Shown here one piece after another: positions 49,123-56,747 of a stretch of DNA of 64,000 nucleotides. Location: IMG/VR virus record IMGVR_UViG_3300027833_000017; one strand, given 5' to 3'. A program made the translations under genes and the position numbers. Within the stretch, counting starts at the first letter, position 1. Every line of letters begins with the position of its first letter. The notes below the pieces were generated by a model. The model searched no databases. It worked only from the letters and a program-made list of their open reading frames with translations, and was not told the DNA's origin. This DNA is from a virus.

Positions 49123-49662
49123 ATGAAACATTTACAATTATTTGAAGAATTTTTAAACGAGAAGTCATATAGAATGACCGGTATCTATGCCGCAAAAGGT
49201 TTGGTGGGCAAAGTAATGCAAGCGTTTAGACAAGAAATTAAAACAGTAAAATACGAAGGTATTAATGTAGTGACTCAAGAAGAAGTCAATAAAGAATGGG
49301 CTAAGTTTGAAGATACAGCTAAGAAGATTATTTTAGATCAAGTAGAAAAAGGAGCAGGTGGCATGGACGGTGTGCTATATGTTACTGCTAATCTTTTTAA
49401 TGGATTCGCCATAGATGAGGTTAATGGTTTAAATAATTCAGATTCAGATACATTATATCTTTCATACGAAGTAGTAATTAATGTGGGCTTTATGGATGAT
49501 TTTAATGGTAAAAAAGTTGCTAGAAAAATCGATAAGACTGGAATGATGAATTCCCCGTTAGCAGGTAAGAGAGATCTTATTTATGGTGAATATGATGCAT
49601 CAGTTGGTAATAACAATCTTGAAATTAGAGATAACGAACATATCCAAATAGACGGAAAATAA
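49123..49662 (+). CDS. internal-head-protein-like
   Basis: MKHLQLFEEFLNE leader, with a late-type motif at 49088. Confidence 0.6.
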   Translation: MKHLQLFEEFLNEKSYRMTGIYAAKGLVGKVMQAFRQEIKTVKYEGINVVTQEEVNKEWAKFEDTAKKIILDQVEKGAGGMDGVLYVTANLFNGFAIDEVNGLNNSDSDTLYLSYEVVINVGFMDDFNGKKVARKIDKTGMMNSPLAGKRDLIYGEYDASVGNNNLEIRDNEHIQIDGK

Positions 49663-49663
49663 T

Positions 49664-50284
49664 ATGCCTTCTGTAAGCAAGTCACAACAAAGATTAATGG
49701 GCATGGCATACGCTTTAAAAAAGGGTGAACTAGATCCAAAAGATGCTAGTGCCGAAGTACAAGAATTAGCAGATTCAATGACTCTTAAACAACTCAAAGA
49801 TTTTGCAAGTACAAAACACGATGGCCTTCCACAATATGTAGAAGAAAATATTGGAATAGCTAATGTTTCTGGAATGGGACCAATCGTATTACCTGGAAAT
49901 GGAACAATAGGTTCAGGTGATGTGCCAGCTGGCCAAGGTGATGCCGAAGAAGAATACAAGAAGAAAAAGAAAAGAAATAAAAAAATGAAACATTTAAAAA
50001 CATTTGAGGCATTTAGCTTTGATTACGAGGGTATCGATATTAAAAATCCGTTTACTGACGAAACAGCAAGACAAGATGTAGATCCTAATAGTTACTATGG
50101 AAAGGATTATGCAAAATCAGATATTAAAAAAATAGTAGATGCAAGTGAAGCCTTTATTGCTAAGTACACAGAGTGGAAAGATATGCAACCTTTAGATACT
50201 GATGATGATTTACATGCAGATTTCGGAGAGCATGTTAGCAAATCTCTAGATGAATTAACAAAAATAGTTAAGAAACACGGATAA
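49664..50284 (+). CDS. DUF3008-like protein fused in frame to an MKHLKTFEAF-led domain
   Basis: MPSVSKSQQRLMGMAYALKKGE...SMTLKQLKDFAST matches DUF3008. An internal leader begins at 49985. Confidence 0.6.
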   Translation: MPSVSKSQQRLMGMAYALKKGELDPKDASAEVQELADSMTLKQLKDFASTKHDGLPQYVEENIGIANVSGMGPIVLPGNGTIGSGDVPAGQGDAEEEYKKKKKRNKKMKHLKTFEAFSFDYEGIDIKNPFTDETARQDVDPNSYYGKDYAKSDIKKIVDASEAFIAKYTEWKDMQPLDTDDDLHADFGEHVSKSLDELTKIVKKHG

Positions 50285-50310
50285 TTGTTCGTAACTTTAT
50301 TAAAATAACT

Positions 50311-50341
50311 AGCCAAACATTTTTTTGTTTGGCTTTTTTTT
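50311..50341 (+). terminator. intrinsic terminator closing the internal-protein array
   Basis: AGCCAAACA-TTTTTT-TGTTTGGCT stem-loop followed by a T run. Confidence 0.75.
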
Positions 50342-50393
50342 GTTATATTAGTAGTATACTAATCGAGGTTAATACCTCATAAAACAATCAAGC

Positions 50394-50612
50394 ATGAGTA
50401 ATCCACACCATGAACACCAGTTATTTCTTAACAAAACAAGATACGGATCAGTAAGAGCATCCAAATATCCTAATGGCTACACGCCAAAGATTGAATATTA
50501 TCAAGCCCAATTGTCAAGTGCAGTTGACAATCTTGATGTAGAACAAATCAAATATTTTACTACCAAGTTAGAATGGTTTATAAAACGACAATCTGAAAAT
50601 AAACTATATTAA
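50394..50612 (+). CDS. small hypothetical protein
   Basis: 72-aa ORF with an A-rich leader, located after the terminator. Confidence 0.55.
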   Translation: MSNPHHEHQLFLNKTRYGSVRASKYPNGYTPKIEYYQAQLSSAVDNLDVEQIKYFTTKLEWFIKRQSENKLY

Positions 50613-50775
50613 TATAAGTTCACCAGTGATCTGTAACACAGTAATAAACATAATCATAGTAATATGCATTTAAGTAATCATTAATCATGGGAGCATCTCT
50701 GTGTCGCACCCAAATTAAACCGAATATATAATTAAACAAATTTAAGCTTGTGTGTATAACTACTAAACGTTTTAT

Positions 50776-51084
50776 ATGTCTAAAAAGAAAACAAACATCC
50801 TATCTGAAGCTAACGAAATAGTAAACAATCGCTCAGAAGAAAAATCACGTCAATACGGTCCATTCGAAGAAGGTATGCGAAGAGCTGCTATGATTTTTAA
50901 TGGCATGACAGGTAAAGAACTAAACGGCTCAGATATGTATGCTGCACTTGTGGCACTTAAACTAAGTCGACACTCTTATAATTATAAACAAGACAATCTG
51001 CTAGATGCAGTTGCATATTTAGGTGCACTAGATAACTATGTTGAAAAGCACGGTTATAAAGACACTGAAGATCCAATAAAATAA
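50776..51084 (+). CDS. DUF6378-like all-alpha nucleotide pyrophosphatase-type protein
   Basis: RSEEKSRQYG...ALKLSR...DNLLDAVAY pattern. It is the first gene after a GAAAC-N17-type promoter. Confidence 0.65.
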   Translation: MSKKKTNILSEANEIVNNRSEEKSRQYGPFEEGMRRAAMIFNGMTGKELNGSDMYAALVALKLSRHSYNYKQDNLLDAVAYLGALDNYVEKHGYKDTEDPIK

Positions 51085-51087
51085 ATT

Positions 51088-52149
51088 ATGACAGAACTAA
51101 CATTTTTTACAGAAAAGGAAACCGACAAATCGATTAGAGTAGGTATATGCGCATTAGTCGGTAAGATTAGCCCTAAAATCTCATCACATAAAGGCGCATG
51201 GGCCCACATGCTATATAATCAATTACAAAACGCAGGGTATTCTAATGCAGAAGTAATCACATCTAACCAAACTGATTGGAATGACTATGACGCAATTCTA
51301 ATTGATCATGGTATGGAATTTAAAGGCACCTTCAATATATTCGGAGGATCTAATGATGATTTATATCACCAATTAATGAGGTTATTTTCCCCCGTTAAAA
51401 AATATTCTTTACATCATGATATGCCAGATATTGGTAATTTGATTCAAACTAGACTCAATGCGGGAACTGATTTATTTAAAACACTTGAAACTAGAATTGA
51501 AGAAGCAACCGAACTATGTAAAAATATACATCGTGTAGATCACATAGATAAAACAGAAAAACTATGTTTTGGTGATAGTCACTCTTTTGGAATGTATCAA
51601 GCAGGATATATGTGTCAAAGACACGATGGATTAACTATGCACGGTGCATTAAAAAGAGGTTTACAAAGTTATGTATATCCATGGGTTAAAAGTCTAACAG
51701 TTTATATGGGTAATATTGATGTAAGACATCATTTGATGCGCCAATCTAATCCTTCAGATTCTGTAAAAACACTTCTAAAAAAATATGAAGATGAACTTAT
51801 TAGTTTGGGTATTAGTGACATTGAGATTGTACATGTTTTGCCAATTGAAAACGAATCTAGACCATTGCCAAAAACAGGTTATTACAAAGGAACGCCATTT
51901 GCTGGAACATGGTCAGAACGTAATGTTCTTGTAAATGAAATTAATTTAGGCATTGATGATATGGCTAAAAGAAATAACTGGAAAGTTTATAAACACCCAG
52001 AAGTTTATTTTAATGCAAAAGAAGAATTAACATTTGATGTTATGGAAAAGCCTAAATCAGTTCATATTTCTAGAGAGTATTACAGATGGAACATGGAAAC
52101 AAATCAACCAAATAAAAATTTAATTAAACAAACACTATCTTTATTTTAA
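51088..52149 (+). CDS. predicted DNA-modifying chimera: beta-glucosyltransferase-like N-domain plus SGNH acyl-hydrolase/transferase domain
   Basis: DWNDYDAILI...FNIFGG...YSLHHDMP resembles the T4 BGT N-domain. FGDSHS, MGNID and SVH are SGNH blocks I, III and V. Confidence 0.5.
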   Translation: MTELTFFTEKETDKSIRVGICALVGKISPKISSHKGAWAHMLYNQLQNAGYSNAEVITSNQTDWNDYDAILIDHGMEFKGTFNIFGGSNDDLYHQLMRLFSPVKKYSLHHDMPDIGNLIQTRLNAGTDLFKTLETRIEEATELCKNIHRVDHIDKTEKLCFGDSHSFGMYQAGYMCQRHDGLTMHGALKRGLQSYVYPWVKSLTVYMGNIDVRHHLMRQSNPSDSVKTLLKKYEDELISLGISDIEIVHVLPIENESRPLPKTGYYKGTPFAGTWSERNVLVNEINLGIDDMAKRNNWKVYKHPEVYFNAKEELTFDVMEKPKSVHISREYYRWNMETNQPNKNLIKQTLSLF

Positions 52150-52152
52150 TAT

Positions 52153-52305
52153 ATGAAAGAATACCAAATAATAATAACACCATTAAATGCCAACGATGCT
52201 AGCTACATATTAGTAATTGAATCTGATAGAATAGAGTGGTCGATGGAACAATACCAAAGAAACCGAGATGCTTTCGATTGGAAAATCAAAGAAGTGAATG
52301 AGTAA
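52153..52305 (+). CDS. small hypothetical protein (50 aa, not in the ORF track)
   Basis: MKEYQIIITPLNANDASYILVIESDRIEWSMEQYQRNRDAFDWKIKEVNE fills the gap exactly and overlaps the next start. Confidence 0.5.
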   Translation: MKEYQIIITPLNANDASYILVIESDRIEWSMEQYQRNRDAFDWKIKEVNE

Positions 52306-53518
52306 CAAAGTTCAAATTAAGACAACTAAATATTATGATGAGTTTATCAGATATTATGACCTGGCATTAAAGCAACAAGAGCTTTCTAATTTAGGAATGG
52401 TCCCTCATGCTGAAAGTGGCATGAATGACCCATTAATGGAACACATTGAATTATATGATGTTGTAGAAAGAAAATATGCTGGGTTTAGTCAAATCGTAAA
52501 TGATTGTTTTTATGGATGGACAGATAAACATCCATATTGGGAACACATGCAAGCTGGTAAAATTTACCCCCAAAGAGAAGAGGTTGCAAAAAATTGGACT
52601 AGTCGTCAAGATGTTTTCGGATTAGAAGAGTGGCTTTATATTTTTATTTTACATAGAGTTTGTGGCTCTGCAATTAATTACGCAACTAAACCATCAGGCT
52701 ATCACAACACAATCTTATTCGATTTATATGATTGCAATACTATTGAAGATATGTGTGAAAAGGTAAAATATCATCCAACTCCATTTTATACTTCAGTAGG
52801 ATACCAATTTCCTGCCTTTCCGAAGCCACCTAAACCAAATGTTAACGAAGATTCATTCGTAGGCATGTCTAATTTTACTGAACCAGAATATGTGTATAAA
52901 AGAGGAGGAGATTATTTCTTATGTGAATTTGCACCAAGAATGGCCAGAGACATGGCAAACTTCTTAAGAACAGATGGTAAAAAAGATTTAAGAGAATTAG
53001 GTGAATGGATGTTTAAATGGAATGCTGATAATGGATTAAGAGCATATAGATTTCAATACGCCGCAGTTATTGCAGATGTATGTGACTGGTACCCAGAATT
53101 TATGAACAGAGAATCAATGTTTTATTATGGCACTAACGCAGTAGAATGTATTGGTTATCTTGCAGACCCTATAGAAAAAAAGGGTAAGAAGTCTGAAGAA
53201 TTTTTAGATGCAGTTATGACTAAAATTTACGAAGACACAGGTTCATTACCATATAACGCAGAAGATGTTGCATGTGATTTTATCAGATGGATTGAAAATT
53301 ATTTAAAACCAGGACCTGATTATGCACACATCAACATGGATGCTTTATGGAATTCATCTTCGATCACAGATCATCCATATGGTCGTCAAAAAGCAATGTT
53401 AGATTTAGGTCTAGTAGAAACCTTTAATGGAATGTCACAATTTCCATCGGACGATAAGATTTTACAAAGCGCAGGAGTTTCAGTTGAAGAATATAAAAAA
53501 ATGGTAAGCAAATTATGA
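52298..53518 (+). CDS. HhH-fold DNA hypermodification enzyme (aGPT-Pplase/amino-acid:DNA transferase-like), paralog 1
   Basis: YDVVERKY...FQYAAVIADV...GTNAVECI...AEDVACDFIRW resembles the ExxxC(E/D)FxK/R C-terminal motif. A PLP enzyme and a dNTPase are neighbours. Confidence 0.55.
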   Translation: MSNKVQIKTTKYYDEFIRYYDLALKQQELSNLGMVPHAESGMNDPLMEHIELYDVVERKYAGFSQIVNDCFYGWTDKHPYWEHMQAGKIYPQREEVAKNWTSRQDVFGLEEWLYIFILHRVCGSAINYATKPSGYHNTILFDLYDCNTIEDMCEKVKYHPTPFYTSVGYQFPAFPKPPKPNVNEDSFVGMSNFTEPEYVYKRGGDYFLCEFAPRMARDMANFLRTDGKKDLRELGEWMFKWNADNGLRAYRFQYAAVIADVCDWYPEFMNRESMFYYGTNAVECIGYLADPIEKKGKKSEEFLDAVMTKIYEDTGSLPYNAEDVACDFIRWIENYLKPGPDYAHINMDALWNSSSITDHPYGRQKAMLDLGLVETFNGMSQFPSDDKILQSAGVSVEEYKKMVSKL

Positions 53519-54657
53519 GTAACAAACAAGATATAATTAGAGAACCTCGACTTAAAATTGAACACAACCCAAAAACAGGTTCATATGTGTCAGATTTTTT
53601 ACAAAAAAAACTATTTGAATTAGAGGGTGAAAAAGAAACCAATTACAACAATATACAATATCCTAACACTAACTTAGATATCGAATTTAAAAAGAAGAAA
53701 CCTAAAGAGAGTTGGATGAAAGATTGGACTCAAGAGGAACGTTTTGATAAATTCTTTGAATTCTGCGATGCATTCGATAAGAGGCAAGACAAATTATTAT
53801 TAGAAGATTATCAGATATTTTCACATAGATTACACTGGCATGAACATCCATATTGTTATATGATGCAACATGAAACCGATTTAGAAAAACTATTATATTA
53901 TACAATTGTATTTTCTTTTAGTAATGAGCACTGGGGAACAATTATGAGATTGATCAATGATGGTGAAGAAAAAACACGTGAGCACTTTAAAGAGAATCGA
54001 CATGCTCGTAACGATCTATTTCAGATCTATTATCCTAAAGGCACTCAAGTAAAAGATTGGTTATTAGAAGGTCCAAAAAAAGCGGCTAAAGATATGGTTC
54101 ATATTTTAGAAGATTTAAAAAGACCATATACAATGATGGAATTTGCTAAATTATTAGAGGCTTATTTTAAAGAACATCAAAACTTTAGATCACCATTATA
54201 TCCATGTAAGAACACTGCAAGATATGTGGCTATGAGTCGACCAGATTTAGTAGATCCTGAATCTATCTTATTCGGTGGCACTGGACATTTTGATGGAATG
54301 CAACAGATATTTGGAGGTCCAAACCTAAATGGTAAAGTAAAATATAGTATTGATACAGATGGTCAATTTATAGCAGAAAATGCACATGCTCAAACATGGA
54401 TTGATCAGATGAACATTTTAGCAAATCACCCAAATAATCCAATGACTAGTCAAAAGATGTTGAACGTAGAGGATAAAACATGTTTTTTTTATAAGCACAT
54501 TGCAATTAGTCATGGTATTAAATCACCAACAAAAAGAATTCCATATACTTGGATATTCGAAGGTAATTTTAATTTAGCTAAACATCCAACTGAAGATGTT
54601 GTAGTTAATGCAGACACAACAAGACATTTATGGGGTAGAGAATATCCAAACGAGTAA
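53515..54657 (+). CDS. HhH-fold DNA hypermodification enzyme-like, paralog 2
   Basis: YPCKNTARYVAMSRPDLVDPES...GTGHFDGM...VEDKTCFFYKH is collinear with paralog 1. Confidence 0.5.
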   Translation: MSNKQDIIREPRLKIEHNPKTGSYVSDFLQKKLFELEGEKETNYNNIQYPNTNLDIEFKKKKPKESWMKDWTQEERFDKFFEFCDAFDKRQDKLLLEDYQIFSHRLHWHEHPYCYMMQHETDLEKLLYYTIVFSFSNEHWGTIMRLINDGEEKTREHFKENRHARNDLFQIYYPKGTQVKDWLLEGPKKAAKDMVHILEDLKRPYTMMEFAKLLEAYFKEHQNFRSPLYPCKNTARYVAMSRPDLVDPESILFGGTGHFDGMQQIFGGPNLNGKVKYSIDTDGQFIAENAHAQTWIDQMNILANHPNNPMTSQKMLNVEDKTCFFYKHIAISHGIKSPTKRIPYTWIFEGNFNLAKHPTEDVVVNADTTRHLWGREYPNE

Positions 54658-54661
54658 AATA

Positions 54662-55330
54662 ATGAAGATGAAAAATAAGGCAGAAGACGCATGGCAAATA
54701 CTTAGAATTCAGGGTGAATTCACTAAAGGATTTGACACATTTAATCAATTAGAAGGATCATATGTATCAGTTTTTGGAAGTGCAAGAACATTAAGTACTA
54801 ATTCAATTTATAAAGAAGCAGAAAAACTAGGTAAATTATTAGTTGAATCAGGCTTTGGCGTAATTACAGGAGGTGGACCAGGAATTATGGAGGCTGCCAA
54901 TAAAGGAGCCCATGAAGCTGGAGGACAATCAATAGGAGTTGGCATTGAATTGCCATTTGAGGCTAGTATGAATGAATACGTAGATCTTGGCGTAGAGAAC
55001 AGATATTTCTTTACTCGTAAAGTAATGTTCTTAAAATATTCACAAGCGTTTGTGATATTTCCAGGTGGGGTTGGAACATTAGATGAATTGTTTGAAGCTA
55101 TTACGTTAGCACAATGCGGACATAATGTAAAATATCCAATTGTTCTAGTAGGTAAAAAATACTGGGAAGGATTAATTGATTGGATGCAAAATACACTATG
55201 GGAACACGGTGCAATAAGTCAAAAAGACTTTGATTTATTTAGAGTTGTAGATACTGCAGAAGAAGCCGTTGCAAAAATTACAGATTATCACAACAAATAT
55301 AAAGATAATAATTCAAAAACAAACTTTTAA
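54662..55330 (+). CDS. LOG-family nucleotide phosphoribohydrolase (TIGR00730-like)
   Basis: VSVFGSAR, ITGGGPGIMEAANKGA, FFTRKVMF and PGGVGTLDE. Start moved from 54608 to 54662 to remove the overlap. Confidence 0.9.
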   Translation: MKMKNKAEDAWQILRIQGEFTKGFDTFNQLEGSYVSVFGSARTLSTNSIYKEAEKLGKLLVESGFGVITGGGPGIMEAANKGAHEAGGQSIGVGIELPFEASMNEYVDLGVENRYFFTRKVMFLKYSQAFVIFPGGVGTLDELFEAITLAQCGHNVKYPIVLVGKKYWEGLIDWMQNTLWEHGAISQKDFDLFRVVDTAEEAVAKITDYHNKYKDNNSKTNF

Positions 55331-56227
55331 ATGGCCCATAATAAACACACAACAAGTACAATGAATCAGGATTTAAATCTAATGATGCCAAATAGACAAG
55401 CTTGGTTAGATTTAGCTGGAGATTGGCAAGATCCACTAGATGATCCAATTATTGTGAATCATGAAGGATTTAATGTAGTAAGAGATGACATGATGGGCTT
55501 TGGATCTAAATGTAGATTTGGAGATATCTTAGTACAGAAAGCACCGACCGACACATTAGTATATGTACAGCCCAGATTTGGATTCGCAGGAATTTCTCTT
55601 GCGTACTTAGCAAAAAAATACAATAAGAAGTTAGTATTATTTATGCCATCTGGTAAAGTAATATCAGATCACCAAGCCATATGCATTGAAAGAGGTGCTA
55701 TTGCTAAATTTAGAAGAATCGCAGCAATGCCTAATTTAAATAGAATTGCAAAACAATGGGCAGAAGATAATAACGCTACATTTATTCCGTTAGGACTTAA
55801 ACATGAATTGGTAACTGCAGCTGCGGTAAAAGTTGCATATGATGTAGCAGAAAAACATGGATATCCAGAAGAAGTATGGTCAGCAATATCAACTGGAGTT
55901 TTACAACGCTCTTTACAAATTGCATGGCCAGATGCTGAATTTAATGCAGTTGCAGTTTCTAGAAATATTCAGAACGGTGAATTGGGTAGAGCTAAAGTTT
56001 GGTCTCATCCAAAGGCATTTGCATCAGATGTAAAACCAGAATTTGCCCCTCCATTTCCATCAGCAATGAACTACGATGCAAAGGCTTGGGAATTTATGGT
56101 TAAGCACGGAAATCAAGGGGCTTGGTTTTGGAATGTAGGTGGACAACCTTACCCAGAATCAGAAGAAACTAAAGAAAAAACAAATTCAAAAAGAGAATGG
56201 GGAGAAGTTTTAGAAATGGACCTATAA
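55331..56227 (+). CDS. PLP-dependent enzyme (fold type II), of the type found in phage base-hypermodification clusters
   Basis: VVRDD...GSKCR (PLP lysine), GFAGISLAY, SAISTGVL, NYDAKAW and FWNVG. Confidence 0.75.
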   Translation: MAHNKHTTSTMNQDLNLMMPNRQAWLDLAGDWQDPLDDPIIVNHEGFNVVRDDMMGFGSKCRFGDILVQKAPTDTLVYVQPRFGFAGISLAYLAKKYNKKLVLFMPSGKVISDHQAICIERGAIAKFRRIAAMPNLNRIAKQWAEDNNATFIPLGLKHELVTAAAVKVAYDVAEKHGYPEEVWSAISTGVLQRSLQIAWPDAEFNAVAVSRNIQNGELGRAKVWSHPKAFASDVKPEFAPPFPSAMNYDAKAWEFMVKHGNQGAWFWNVGGQPYPESEETKEKTNSKREWGEVLEMDL

Positions 56228-56279
56228 AAACTGAAACTTTAAATTAAAATATCATATTAATAGTATAACAAATTAAATT

Positions 56280-56747
56280 ATGGCAAACATCGATAACGAA
56301 TGTAAAGATCTAGAAGTTAAAGATTTTTACGACCAATCAACAACACACCTTGCAGACATCATGGAAAACCAAAAGAAGATGCAAGAGCAAACTTATGGTA
56401 TTAACTTTGATAATATGACCATCCGAGAAATTATGGATTTCTGGCATGTTAACACACACTCGCTAATGGATGAAGTTCATGAAATGACAGATGCTCTCGG
56501 TGGAATTAAAGACGGTAGTGGAAACGCAGTATGGAAATACTGGAAGAAAGACTTTACAAAATATAATACATTAAAAATTTCTGACATGTCCGAAGGAGAC
56601 AAGAAGGAATTGTATATGGAATGGGTAGATATTCTACACTTCTTTATCAATTATGCATCTTCAATTGGGCTTGATGCCAAAACAGCTTACAATTACTACT
56701 TTGCAAAAGCTGAAGAGAATGTTAACCGTCAGAAAAACAATTATTAA
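56280..56747 (+). CDS. dCTP/dUTP pyrophosphatase, T4 gp56-like
   Basis: NEC, DEVHEM, AVWKYWK, ELYMEWVDILHF and YYFAKAEENVNRQKNNY are collinear with gp56. Confidence 0.8.
   Translation: MANIDNECKDLEVKDFYDQSTTHLADIMENQKKMQEQTYGINFDNMTIREIMDFWHVNTHSLMDEVHEMTDALGGIKDGSGNAVWKYWKKDFTKYNTLKISDMSEGDKKELYMEWVDILHFFINYASSIGLDAKTAYNYYFAKAEENVNRQKNNY

Noticed and set aside
1463-54692. The many short minus-strand and nested ORFs in the track
   Set aside because: All lie within longer + strand genes, lack recognisable motifs, and show antisense codon-shadow composition.
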